Counted from the first letter of the stretch, positions 1 to 9,687 are shown. The stretch is 64,000 nt of DNA from an uncultured Nitrososphaerota archaeon (GCA_963701075.1 OY969559.1:224001-288000); one strand, 5' to 3'. A program made the numbers and translations. The notes: generated by a model from the letters alone, not told the origin.

Positions 1-529
1 AAGATGAAATTGATTCCATGATATCTGATTTCTTTGTGGGCATTACTGGACCTAAGACTTTGAGAATGGAATACAGATAGACAGGAAAGGAGGCTCGTGG
101 AGAGTTTAGCATAGGAATATTTCTGTGCTCGATTCTATTTTTTTTGCAGTATTCTTCCAGTTTTCCTCCAGAAGAAAATCCTACAAGCTTACAGCCAGCT
201 TTTTTTGCCTTGTCTATTACTGTAAGTGTCTCTTTAGTATCACCAGATACGCTTGTTGCAACTACAAGAGTATGAGAATCTATAGTCCTTGGAAGGTGAT
301 AGCCCTTGACCACACAGACATGCATTCTAGTTTTTGATAGAATGGATGATAGCGTGTCCCCAATTACGCCAGAGCCTCCCATTCCAACAAAAACAATATG
401 GTTGATTCCTTTGAAATCAGCCACATCATAATCTGTACCATAGAATTTTTCTGCAAGTTCTGGCCATCTGTCATAAACTTTGTACATTCCGCTTTTGTCA
501 TATTTGTTTATAGTATCAATATCAAGCAA
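1..529 (-). CDS. SIS-domain sugar-phosphate isomerase (PGI/PMI-like), 3'-truncated by window edge
   Basis: Manual translation from TTG at 529: MLDIDTINKYDKSGMYKVYDRWPELA...HIVFVGMGGSGVIG...SSYSGNT; not in ORF track because it is open at the edge. Confidence 0.8.
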   Translation of the reverse strand, partial: MLDIDTINKYDKSGMYKVYDRWPELAEKFYGTDYDVADFKGINHIVFVGMGGSGVIGDTLSSILSKTRMHVCVVKGYHLPRTIDSHTLVVATSVSGDTKETLTVIDKAKKAGCKLVGFSSGGKLEEYCKKNRIEHRNIPMLNSPRASFPVYLYSILKVLGPVMPTKKSDIMESISS

Positions 530-623
530 TTATTGTTGTGAAGATATGGTTGTAATATAATGATTATGAGATTTGTAGAGTTTATAATTTAAAAAAAGAA
601 ATCAAAAAATAATCTCCATGAGT

Positions 624-1787
624 TTATTTGTTTTTATCACTACAGCAAGCGTACATTTCCATGATTTTACCATACATAAGATCTTGATTAAATGAATCAG
701 CAAGCAATTTGCTTCCATCTTGTCCCATCTCCAAAGCCAGGCTAGGGTTTTCTATCAATTTTAAAAGATGTTCTGCCCATGCTTTTTCGTCGTAGGGGTC
801 CAACACAAACCCATTTTTTCCATCAGATACGATATCTGACATTGGTTTGATGTTTGATACAAGTACCGGTTTTTTCTGAGAAAATGCTTCTAGAATCACC
901 AATCCAAAACCTTCGCACAAGCTTGGAAATACTAGTGCATTAGAAGTTGCAATTATCTTCATTTTTTCATCAAGTGGTGCATATCCCAGAAATTCTACGT
1001 TAGACTCTAAACCCAACTTGTTTGCCAATTCTTCAAGTGATCTTCTGTGTGGCCCATCTCCTACTATTACAAGCTTGACATTTGGTTGTCTTTTTTTTAA
1101 AATTCCTATTGCTTTTATGACAACTTCAAGATTCTTGTAAAAGACAAGCCTTCCCACATGAACAAATTGAAGAGGATTAGATATCTCATTAAGAACTGGG
1201 CTTGCATCTACAGAGTTGTGTATTACATGGATGGGTCTTTTTTCACCAAACTTTAACAGGTCCTCTTTTGTCGCATCGCTTACCGTGTGAACACACTCAT
1301 GTTTTAGCTTGACCATTAGCTTTTCAAATAATGGAGCCAGTATGACGTTTAGCTTGGATACATTTGCCTGGTCTCCCCACTTTTTCCAGTAGTTTTTGCC
1401 ACATAGAGAAAAGATGTCATGCACTGTCAGAACATGGGGAATTGAAAATAGAGTAGATAGTATTGAGCCTGCCAAAGCAGGTGAAAAGTTGTTGGAGTGT
1501 ATGATATCTATATTATTTTTCTTGATTACTTTAGAGCATGCAATTACAGCATTTACAACATAACGTATGTTGTCGCCAAAGCTTGGAGGCAGCCCCCCTT
1601 GATATTGCAGCGTTGGCTTGACAAAAATTATGTTCAAGTTTTTGTCGTAACTCTCGCCTTTTATCTCGTTTGTAATTATCCAGACTTTATGACCATTTTT
1701 TACAAGCATCTTAGCTAGCATGCTAAAAACATACTCTCCACCTCCCTTTGTAGTAGAGAAGAACTGGGACAGGAGAAGAATATTCAT
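624..1787 (-). CDS. GT4 (GT-B) glycosyltransferase
   Basis: GGGE N-terminal motif, VGRL...K, and the EGFGLVILEA signature. Confidence 0.92.
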   Translation of the reverse strand: MNILLLSQFFSTTKGGGEYVFSMLAKMLVKNGHKVWIITNEIKGESYDKNLNIIFVKPTLQYQGGLPPSFGDNIRYVVNAVIACSKVIKKNNIDIIHSNNFSPALAGSILSTLFSIPHVLTVHDIFSLCGKNYWKKWGDQANVSKLNVILAPLFEKLMVKLKHECVHTVSDATKEDLLKFGEKRPIHVIHNSVDASPVLNEISNPLQFVHVGRLVFYKNLEVVIKAIGILKKRQPNVKLVIVGDGPHRRSLEELANKLGLESNVEFLGYAPLDEKMKIIATSNALVFPSLCEGFGLVILEAFSQKKPVLVSNIKPMSDIVSDGKNGFVLDPYDEKAWAEHLLKLIENPSLALEMGQDGSKLLADSFNQDLMYGKIMEMYACCSDKNK

Positions 1788-1883
1788 GAGTTTGATTTAT
1801 CGACTTGATTTATGAATTTGTACCTATGGATCTAATGACCCAGTCATAGGATTGATTTGCGTATACATGGCAGGAAAAGACCT

Positions 1884-2897
1884 TTATTCTTGCATTCCAC
1901 GTTTCTTGAGAAACCTAATAAACTCTACTACGACCCTGCCAATACCATGGCGCTTTCTTACCTTATTTGATACCTCGATGTATTTTCCTAGTCGCTTGGA
2001 AAATCCTTGCTCTGATTCGAAAACCAAACGAATGTCAGTCAATACCAACTTTTCATCTCCAGTCTTTGGCTCAAAGGGCCTGACCCTTGAGAGGTCTTGA
2101 TCATAGTATGGATCCCCCTTCAATATTGTATCATGGTATCGTTTCACAAAATATCGTATCTCTTCATTGTCTTCAGTATATGGCCTGCTAGCTGTTCCAT
2201 GATGGTATAGCTGAGCATGCGGGGTATAGATTACAGAATATCCTTTCTCCCGCAATCTCAAACAGAGATCAACATCGTTGAACGAATAGGCAAATTTTTC
2301 ATCAAATCCTCCAATTTTATCAAAGAAGCTCTTTTTTATCATCATGCAAGCTCCCGTTACTGCGCTACATTCTCGGACAGTTTGCACAAGCCCCTTGTAG
2401 CCTTGATCGTTTCGCGATAGACCCTCAAAGGCATGTATTGCTATCCCTCCAACACCGATTAGCACGCCTGCATGCTGTATGGTATCGTTTGGATAAAACA
2501 GCAGAGCCCCAACGGCACCAACTGTAGGTTTTACAGAATGCTCAAGCATGCTTTCGATCCAAGTTTGTGAAATTACTCTAGTGTCATCGTTTAGAAATAT
2601 GATATGTTCTCCTTGTGCATTTGTTACCGCAAAGTTATTGATACGAGAAAAGTTGAATGGCTTGTCATAGGAGAGTACCTTGTGTTTTAGGCTGCCCAGA
2701 TATGTTTTTGTCTCTTCTTTTCTGCTGCCGTTGTCAATTATTATGATTTCATAATTTTTGTATGATGATTTGGTCTCAATGCTTTCAATGCACGCTTTTA
2801 GTAATTTGGGGTTGTCCTTGGTTGGTATAATGATACTAACTAGCGGCTTAGAGTCTTGAGAGGCCATTTTGAAGACTCTTGTCCTTTCTTTTTCCAA
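1884..2897 (-). CDS. GT2 (GT-A) glycosyltransferase; likely start 2867
   Basis: VSIIIPT, IIDNGS, FLNDD, AVTGAC, FNDVDLCLRL. Confidence 0.9.
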   Translation of the reverse strand: MEKERTRVFKMASQDSKPLVSIIIPTKDNPKLLKACIESIETKSSYKNYEIIIIDNGSRKEETKTYLGSLKHKVLSYDKPFNFSRINNFAVTNAQGEHIIFLNDDTRVISQTWIESMLEHSVKPTVGAVGALLFYPNDTIQHAGVLIGVGGIAIHAFEGLSRNDQGYKGLVQTVRECSAVTGACMMIKKSFFDKIGGFDEKFAYSFNDVDLCLRLREKGYSVIYTPHAQLYHHGTASRPYTEDNEEIRYFVKRYHDTILKGDPYYDQDLSRVRPFEPKTGDEKLVLTDIRLVFESEQGFSKRLGKYIEVSNKVRKRHGIGRVVVEFIRFLKKRGMQE

Positions 2898-3362
2898 GTC
2901 TTTATATCGTTTCTTTTGGATGCTGTACGCCTTGATTCTGAAATGAGTTATAGTCGATCATATCCGGACAAGCAAAGTCAAGACTGTACCTGCAATCAGC
3001 CTGATTCTCCAACCTGCCTATGATCTAGCAGCTCAAAAGAAAAACTCTTGGTATCGTTTACCATGTGCGCAAATGCAGCAGAAAAAACAACATTATACAC
3101 CTTGTTAGGCGCTTTGTTTTCCATCAGTACCGAGCCTTCAAACCATCCAAACTGGTTTGTAGTTTCCTGAAAACTTGGGAAGTACCGTGGAATTATCATA
3201 ATTGTATAGCGTTGCATTTATTGAAACTCCCTGCAAGTCTCTCCCTGATCCAGCCTGAACTCTTCTAGAGGTATAGTCTTTGTTACCTGGTTATCATCAA
3301 ACGCTCCAAGCTGGAAATAGTAGACGTTTCCCTGTACCACAAAAGGTGAGCCAAAGGCTCGC

Positions 3363-3650
3363 TTAATGACGGGCTTCTAATTGGGCAAGGCGGGCTTTCA
3401 TTTGTTCTACATCTTTGATAATGTCTAACTTCTCGGACAGGGCATCTATTCTAGTATGAATAGAACGTATTTCTGTTGTTAGACGTTTGTCTAACTCATC
3501 CACGCTGTTATGGAGTGCATCTATTCTGGTGTTGATGGCCTTGAGTTCGCCTGACATTTCACCCTTGAGTGCCTTTATCTCCCCCTTGATTTCATTTAAC
3601 TGAGGTAAGAGAAAAGTTTCAAGTTCTTTCATCAAGCCCTTTATTGCCAT
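3363..3650 (-). CDS. Small coiled-coil protein with heptad repeats (DUF1640/Bdr-like)
   Basis: Repeated I(N/H)TRIDAL units; followed by hairpin GAGCC-AAA-GGCTC near 3348-3360. Confidence 0.7.
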   Translation of the reverse strand: MAIKGLMKELETFLLPQLNEIKGEIKALKGEMSGELKAINTRIDALHNSVDELDKRLTTEIRSIHTRIDALSEKLDIIKDVEQMKARLAQLEARH

Positions 3651-3736
3651 AATTTTGATTGGGTTTTAGGTCTAATAATGTTTTAGTCTGTCCGCTTGCG
3701 GACTTGATAAATGATACGCTTCGTGCCAATTCACCC

Positions 3737-3797
3737 TGTCCCTTCGGGACACCCCTCTTGGCACCGCTAAGAAACTTTTGGAAAAAGTTTCATCAAA
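3737..3797. repeat. Two hairpins; one resembles an IS200/IS605 end or PATE
   Basis: TGTCCC-TTC-GGGACA (3737-3751); GAAACTTTT-GGA-AAAAGTTTC (3771-3791) abutting TTGAT on the minus strand. Confidence 0.45.
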
Positions 3798-3903
3798 AGC
3801 AGACACCTTTGCTCGTCCTCTGGCTACGACCATTCGCTTGAGCTCAAGGTCTGCCAAGCTATATGCCATCCAGATACATATCGATGATTAATCTAGTTGG
3901 ATT

Positions 3904-4187
3904 CTAATCAAGCCCAACAAGTTCCTTCCATGACATATCATAGTTTTGATCCATTGTTTTTAAGCAAGTTAGATGTAAACCTAGATTTTAACCTGGTCTT
4001 TCTCCGCTGGACTGCATAGTCATGCTCTATCTTTGTTTTGACAATACCACCCCACCACTCTTTTGATATGATAGGTCCTACATCTAGGCGATACAACTAG
4101 CTTGTACTGTGTGCCATACCCATGCCTTCCCTTGGAACTGGTCTGTGATACCACCCCAAGCAAGATGGAAGTTAGTAGGATTTTCAT
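3904..4187 (-). pseudogene. C-terminal remnant resembling an Orc1/Cdc6 winged-helix end
   Basis: Manual reading over two frameshifts: LGVVSQTSSKGRHGYGTQYKLVVSP/DVGPIISKEWW.../MDQNYDMSWKELVGLD*; SKGRHG resembles the Cdc6 SxGRxG wing; family call is from memory. Confidence 0.45.
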
Positions 4188-4217
4188 TATAACCAAATAA
4201 TTTAAACCAAGAATTCT

Positions 4218-6053
4218 TCAATCACAATCAAAATCTTCGCCATCTAAGACTTTTTCTTCTGGGGCATCAGCAAAGTATGTTCTCATAATTTTGCGCTCAG
4301 CTCCCACTATTGCATAAACTAGGCTCATCACAGAATCTTTTGGATGGTTAAATTCCTTCTTTGCCCTCTGTCTAGGGTCCACAACATCCCCAAATTCTAA
4401 ATCTTTTCGCGTAAGCTTGGTAAAATCTTCAATTAGAAAGTGTGTTTCGTCTTTTTTTGCGTATGGTATTATGAATTTAGGGCCAGATACTGTTTGTCCT
4501 GATGTTGTTGTATAAGTAATCTTGGTATTCAGCAGATCGATGACGCGTTGAATGGAATAAGTTTTGTCAATGCGAGCCATAAATGCACGCTGCCCATGTT
4601 CGTCGTGGTCTTCTGCAAAAATTGGCGCAGTGATGCTTTCATTACTTTCTGTTCTGCACCCAATGAATTTTTTCGAGCCAGCGCCGGGAAATTTCCCTCC
4701 GTTGCTGTCGGTGAATCCATCCTGGATCATTTTAATCTGGTTTGCTCCATAGCCCAGGTCACCAACTCCAATATCACAATGTGAATAGTGGAATAATTTG
4801 GCAATGAGCTTGGCCTGTTCAAGTTGATTCTCTGCAGGACGTTTGTCAAGAAATGCCAGAAAATACCGCCTCTCCCCGTTCGGAAGTCTCCATTTTATTA
4901 CAATTGAGATTACGGTACTAGATGAAGAACCAGAGCCAAAGTCTACACCCATGGAAACCCTGATTGTATGGCCAAATATTCTTTTGAGCTCTGCAATCTC
5001 CTCCCAGGTAAGAAGCGCAATATACTGGTACGAATTCATACATTGTAGTACCATATTTCGCGTTACAGGTCGTGCCATCGATCTGTTAAATTGTCCCATG
5101 ATATGGTTTGGATAAAATGATGGATCTGGGTTTTCGTTTTTCTGATACTCGATTGAAAAAATTGGCGAGACTTTGTACAGATTTATCGCGTCAGACATGG
5201 TAATGGGGTTTGTCGGAATCATTGTTTGTGGAATATGATACCCATGACAGATTGTGTTGTTTGGATTTTGCGCAATCCATTTACCGGTCATCAAGTCTTC
5301 CAAGTATTTTCCAATCACAAGACCGTGTTCGTCGAATTGTAACTTACTTCGCCACTCTGGCTCATCTGGAACCCATTCAAATTGTGTGCTGTTATTCCAG
5401 AAATTTTCATATGCAGAGCCAGATTCCCCTCCGATGCCACACATTGTAAGTTCACCTTTTGTAGCTGCCATGGTTTGAATCACCTTTTGCGCCACGTGCA
5501 TAGGCTGCTCCTGTGACTCGTCTAGGATAACATGGTGCAGAGATTTTCCCTCTAAATTTTTAAAGTTGTTATTTGATATCATGCAATAGATTCGGCTTCC
5601 ATTTCGGAAAGACTGCTCGTCAATGTTGCTAGTTTTCCAAAGATATTTCATCAAGCCTGGATTTTGCAAAAAAGAGCCGTGCAATTTCTGGCGCGAAAAA
5701 GCTGCAAGACTTTTGTTGTTGAATGTTACATACGCAAGTTGCACACCAGGCCTTGTCAGTGCTTCATACGTTAGGACATCTGTGATGTATGTTGACTTGT
5801 AAATCTGCCTGCCACCAAGAATCATCTTAACAGGATGCGGATCCTGATAAATTTCGGTCCAAAATGGAGTGATGGCAAGATTTCTAAGGTTACCTTCTGA
5901 CATGGGCTTCATCTTGGGAATAAATTCCAAAATGTTTTCTTGTACTTGGGGTAATGATTTTGCTGACTTGGATTGTTTTTGAAGATCCTTTATGATTTTT
6001 TCAAGTTCTCGCTCTGCGAGTTTATTATGCTCAGTTTGCCATTTGAGAACCAA
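4218..6053 (-). CDS. Terminase large subunit (Caudoviricetes type)
   Basis: Walker A-like GRQIYKST, Walker B HVILDESQ, nuclease motifs MGVDFG and HPKDSVMSLVYA; 611 aa. Confidence 0.8.
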   Translation of the reverse strand: MVLKWQTEHNKLAERELEKIIKDLQKQSKSAKSLPQVQENILEFIPKMKPMSEGNLRNLAITPFWTEIYQDPHPVKMILGGRQIYKSTYITDVLTYEALTRPGVQLAYVTFNNKSLAAFSRQKLHGSFLQNPGLMKYLWKTSNIDEQSFRNGSRIYCMISNNNFKNLEGKSLHHVILDESQEQPMHVAQKVIQTMAATKGELTMCGIGGESGSAYENFWNNSTQFEWVPDEPEWRSKLQFDEHGLVIGKYLEDLMTGKWIAQNPNNTICHGYHIPQTMIPTNPITMSDAINLYKVSPIFSIEYQKNENPDPSFYPNHIMGQFNRSMARPVTRNMVLQCMNSYQYIALLTWEEIAELKRIFGHTIRVSMGVDFGSGSSSSTVISIVIKWRLPNGERRYFLAFLDKRPAENQLEQAKLIAKLFHYSHCDIGVGDLGYGANQIKMIQDGFTDSNGGKFPGAGSKKFIGCRTESNESITAPIFAEDHDEHGQRAFMARIDKTYSIQRVIDLLNTKITYTTTSGQTVSGPKFIIPYAKKDETHFLIEDFTKLTRKDLEFGDVVDPRQRAKKEFNHPKDSVMSLVYAIVGAERKIMRTYFADAPEEKVLDGEDFDCD

Positions 6054-6552
6054 GTTTTTTCAAAACCTCCTGTGCAAGTTTCACCATACTAATATCCGCA
6101 GTTGGCGAGTTTGCTATTGCTAGTTTCAAAGCGGTTAGTTTTGCTATAGTATCTATTGTTTTTCTTATTTGATCGCATGTAGAATCAATCGTAAATTCAT
6201 TTTGAGGAGTAGAAAGACGATTTTTTTGAAAATCGTACAAGTCGTATAATTTTAAGATCAGTTCATCTAGTGCAACAGTAGCGCCTTCGATATTTATTTT
6301 ACATTCTTCGATAAAACCCCTCTCGTTCACCGATCGTTTAATTGCAGCAAATTTTTTAAGAATCCTTCTTACAGTCTTTATATCATATCGGGTAAGTCCA
6401 GCTATTGTTCTAGGTGATGTTGTACCTTTTGAAAACCAGCCCCAAACCTTTTCTTCCATTTCAACTTGTGTTGCTGCACTAGGCCTTCCACGTCCATTAT
6501 GTTGTGAACTGGAATCGCTCTGTTCATTAGATCTTTCCCCCTCTAACATCAA
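6031..6552 (-). CDS. Putative terminase small subunit (HTH plus helical region)
   Basis: GRGRPS then HTH (PRTIAGLTRYDIKTVRRIL); overlaps terL start. Confidence 0.6.
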   Translation of the reverse strand: MMLEGERSNEQSDSSSQHNGRGRPSAATQVEMEEKVWGWFSKGTTSPRTIAGLTRYDIKTVRRILKKFAAIKRSVNERGFIEECKINIEGATVALDELILKLYDLYDFQKNRLSTPQNEFTIDSTCDQIRKTIDTIAKLTALKLAIANSPTADISMVKLAQEVLKKLGSQMAN

Positions 6553-7068
6553 AACTTCCTGCAGAATCCAGGTTTTTATGTATTAATTGCAAAATTTCGA
6601 TTCGAAAAATTTGACAAAAAATTCATGTGATCAAAAAACTTTTCTGACAACTTAATTTTGCAAATGCATCAAATGATCGCCCGCCAAAAATTAAAAATGC
6701 AAAAACAGACCATTTTAGACCATTTAATTGGCCAAATCGGGTTTGATTGCATACCTTTAGATCTTGATGCAGATAAATTTGTCGTGTTTAAATATTTAAG
6801 TAAATGATGTTTCAGATTTTAATCTCTGTTGCAAAAAAATAGTTTGTAAAAATATTTCCTACAAATTTTTGATAGTAAAAATATATCACAAAATTTTTTT
6901 GTTGAAAATCCAAACAACAATCAATTCTTTTGTAAACTTGTGTCTAGTTAATTGCCCCACCGGCTTTAATCAATACACCACCAGAATCAAAAGTGGAAAA
7001 AACTCGCAAATTAACAGAAGCTCAAGAAGTGTAAGATCAGTCTTTTATGCAAATTTTGCACCTACCCG

Positions 7069-7320
7069 TCATTCTCTAATATCAAGAATCTTCATGATGT
7101 CCTGTAGCCGTTGCGGATTTAGAGCGTACTGCATTCCGTATGAAGGATGCTGCAGGACAAGATTTTCCTTTACAAGTTTCTTGAGACCCTTTTCAATATT
7201 GCCTCTCTCATGTGATGGACACCCTGTCCTCAAATCCTCTAACGAAATGTGCCTTGCACCGACAACCCTGTTTCTGTACATCTTTTCCAAGATGAAAAAC
7301 AAGATGCGCTCGTGCTTCAT
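7069..7320 (-). CDS. Small winged-helix protein, family A copy 1 (putative toxin-like)
   Basis: Highly similar to 24375-24677 (HISLE.L.TG.PSH..G.I.K.LKKLVKENLVLQHP). Confidence 0.75.
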   Translation of the reverse strand: MKHERILFFILEKMYRNRVVGARHISLEDLRTGCPSHERGNIEKGLKKLVKENLVLQHPSYGMQYALNPQRLQDIMKILDIRE

Positions 7321-7398
7321 GCCCTTGCATGCGCATGGCAGATATTTAACAATTATTTACTAAATTACATACATATGGTAAATTTAATATAGTAATTT

Positions 7399-7887
7399 AT
7401 GGCAATATATCACATGATACGTACAACGTCAAGTGCCAAAGCAATGCCGGATGGACCGCTTGAAAGCATGTTTCCCGTGGCAAGCTCAAAGATACTGGAT
7501 TTTCTTTCAACGCACAAACTGTGGGACTATTCTGTATCTGATATTGCCAAATACTCTGGAGTGTCATTTAAAACTGCCCTGGCTGAGATCAGAAAGCTAG
7601 CAAGCCAGGATGTTGTAGAGCAGACAAGAACTGTTGGCAATGCCATAATGTACAAGTTCAACATGGAATCAAAGCAAGCATATCATATTGACAAGCTCAT
7701 AAATGAAATTGCCACAAGGAGAATCAATGAAACCATCAAGCCCGTACATAAGAAAGCCTCGAGGATCACTACAAAGAATGCAAAGGCTGAGATTCAATCC
7801 CATCTGGACAAGGCAGAAAAGATTAGGGCAGAGCACCCCGATTTGTATGAGGCCCTAGCAAAAGATAATAAAAAACTAATCAAGTAA
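7399..7887 (+). CDS. ArsR-like wHTH regulator, family B copy 1, with C-terminal antitoxin-like tail
   Basis: GPLES.FP...SKILDFL...WDYS.SDIAK.SG.SFKTAL shared with 24772-25128. Confidence 0.8.
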   Translation: MAIYHMIRTTSSAKAMPDGPLESMFPVASSKILDFLSTHKLWDYSVSDIAKYSGVSFKTALAEIRKLASQDVVEQTRTVGNAIMYKFNMESKQAYHIDKLINEIATRRINETIKPVHKKASRITTKNAKAEIQSHLDKAEKIRAEHPDLYEALAKDNKKLIK

Positions 7888-7926
7888 CTTTCTTTGTAAG
7901 ATATTTTGCTCTTTTGAGAACTCGGC

Positions 7927-8475
7927 CTATTCCATATTAGATCTTCTGCTAAAATGATCAACTCGGTTTACTTCCTTGAGTTCTGGATATAGTTTTAGTG
8001 CGCCTTTTGCCACCATCATACCGTCCGATGTAAGGTAGTACCCAGATTTTGTTTTTCCTACATATTCAGATTCCATTAGTTCTCTTAACATAGAGTCTTG
8101 AGGAATATCAATTGCCGAATCTTTTGAGATTGCTTTTCGTATAAGGAAATAAACCAGTATTTCTTCTTCTCTTGAGGCCGTGGGATAATGCAGCGTTTTG
8201 ATAATCATCTTTTGAATATTTTCAGGAAACGATGTTAATCCTGCGCGTTCCTTCATTCGTACAATTTTAACATTGCCCAGTGCAGAAATGTCCACAATAT
8301 TTTCTTGCAGAATAGATTGAACTTCACCGATATGATCTAAAACCTTTTGCAATGTTCTAAAATTTAGGCGAGTTTTTTGTGCTAATTTGTTCTGAGTAAA
8401 TGACTCACCGCTTTTTAGAGTTTCAAGAGTCTTTTCTACTGCGGTAGCAAAATCAGTTCGCATTCTAGATTTCAT
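7927..8475 (-). CDS. Double winged-helix protein
   Basis: N-terminal HTH (TQNKLAQKTRLNFRTLQKVLDHI) and C-terminal wing YYLTSDG. Confidence 0.7.
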   Translation of the reverse strand: MKSRMRTDFATAVEKTLETLKSGESFTQNKLAQKTRLNFRTLQKVLDHIGEVQSILQENIVDISALGNVKIVRMKERAGLTSFPENIQKMIIKTLHYPTASREEEILVYFLIRKAISKDSAIDIPQDSMLRELMESEYVGKTKSGYYLTSDGMMVAKGALKLYPELKEVNRVDHFSRRSNME

Positions 8476-8537
8476 ATGTATACTTGTTATGTTGTATACT
8501 TATATAATGCTTATTGTATAATTATACATAACCAGCC

Positions 8538-8852
8538 ATGGTATTACAAAATTATGAAATTGCAGTACTGCTAAAGATGTACGATGAACGCATTATGGGC
8601 AAAAGTGGTTATACAAGCCTCCAAAAAGTAAGAAGCAAAATCAATTGGCAAAAAATAGCCGCAGCATACAAGATTAAAAAAAGCTTTGATGATGTTTCAA
8701 GAAAATTGGTTAAAAGAAAGTTGTTATCTGATGATGGAAAAAGCATGGAGGTATTATACCTAGACAAACTAGGCGTTGATTTTGTGGTTGCATATATTTC
8801 AGAAAACCCCACCGCTTTCAGTGATTTAGAAGCAAAATTGTCAGGTTACTGA
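8538..8852 (+). CDS. Small wHTH protein, distant family A member
   Basis: AVLLKMYDERIMGKSGYTSLQKV aligns by eye with AILRKLYYDNRIGKKHISLENL; also RKLVKRKLL. Confidence 0.65.
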   Translation: MVLQNYEIAVLLKMYDERIMGKSGYTSLQKVRSKINWQKIAAAYKIKKSFDDVSRKLVKRKLLSDDGKSMEVLYLDKLGVDFVVAYISENPTAFSDLEAKLSGY

Positions 8853-9025
8853 TTCTGTCCAATCTGCGGTGATGGCAAGTATCTCGTTTTCTCCACTAGA
8901 AACGCATATAATAATATTTTTTGGCCTAAATTAGGCACAAAAGGAAGAAAGCAGAGGATGAAATACAGGATGTAAAGTTTTACTCTTCTAATTAATTGCC
9001 ACAAAGGCCTTAATCGAGATCTTGC

Positions 9026-9409
9026 TCAATAAGGATCTTCGGCCGTTGCCTCTTTTATCCTAACAAAATCCTTGATATTCTTGGTCCATACTTTGGCATC
9101 ATATACTGATGCGGTAGCAGCTATGATGGCATCCGGAATCTCAACCTTGTATTTTCTTCTAAAAAGGCCTGCTTGTTGTGCTATCTCATTTGTCAGTAGG
9201 ATTTTCGTAAAAAGAGAGGTGAGACCTCCTACTTTGGAGATGCCAGAGTCTGTTCCACATTCTCTTCCAGCATACAGCTCGGCTTCAGTAAGAACTGAGA
9301 TAAAACCATCTATCTCCCTTTTGGCAACGCGCTCAATTACACCAACAGCTCTTGCGTTACCTCTTAGGCAGTCTATCAAGATAGATGTGTCAAAAATTAT
9401 CTTTGCCAT
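9026..9409 (-). CDS. vapC: VapC PIN-domain toxin
   Basis: IFDTSILID, SVLTEAELY, PDAIIAATA, TKNIKDF. Confidence 0.92.
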   Translation of the reverse strand: MAKIIFDTSILIDCLRGNARAVGVIERVAKREIDGFISVLTEAELYAGRECGTDSGISKVGGLTSLFTKILLTNEIAQQAGLFRRKYKVEIPDAIIAATASVYDAKVWTKNIKDFVRIKEATAEDPY

Positions 9410-9687
9410 TAGAGACCGGACCTTTTGAGTCTCTTGCCCCAGCCTCTTCTAATCTCCTTTACATACTCTTTGCCGCTTTCATCAATCTTCCAACTCCCCG
9501 CACTATCCCTTAAAATCTTCAATCTACTCTTTTTCTCATCAGAATCTATCGTGCCTGCAAGTCCCTCGGCACGGCCTAGTTTCTCATTAATTAATTTAGA
9601 CAGGTTTTTTGTGTTTCCGTATCTTTCTACAGTCTCTTTTACAAGTCTCTTGTAAAGATCATCATTTAGGTTTACGGTTGTCTTCAA
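9409..9687 (-). CDS. vapB: VapB antitoxin (RHH-like)
   Basis: KTTVNLNDDLYKRL...LSKLINE; C-terminal AGSWK...YVKEIRRGW; translationally coupled to vapC. Confidence 0.8.
   Translation of the reverse strand: MKTTVNLNDDLYKRLVKETVERYGNTKNLSKLINEKLGRAEGLAGTIDSDEKKSRLKILRDSAGSWKIDESGKEYVKEIRRGWGKRLKRSGL

Noticed and set aside
2996-3268. Short ORFs upstream of the GT2 gene
   Set aside because: No motifs recognised in any frame; possibly decayed sequence, but not supportable.
6869-7363. 164-aa plus-strand ORF and many similar overlapping ORFs
   Set aside because: Antisense shadows of better-supported genes, with no recognisable motifs.
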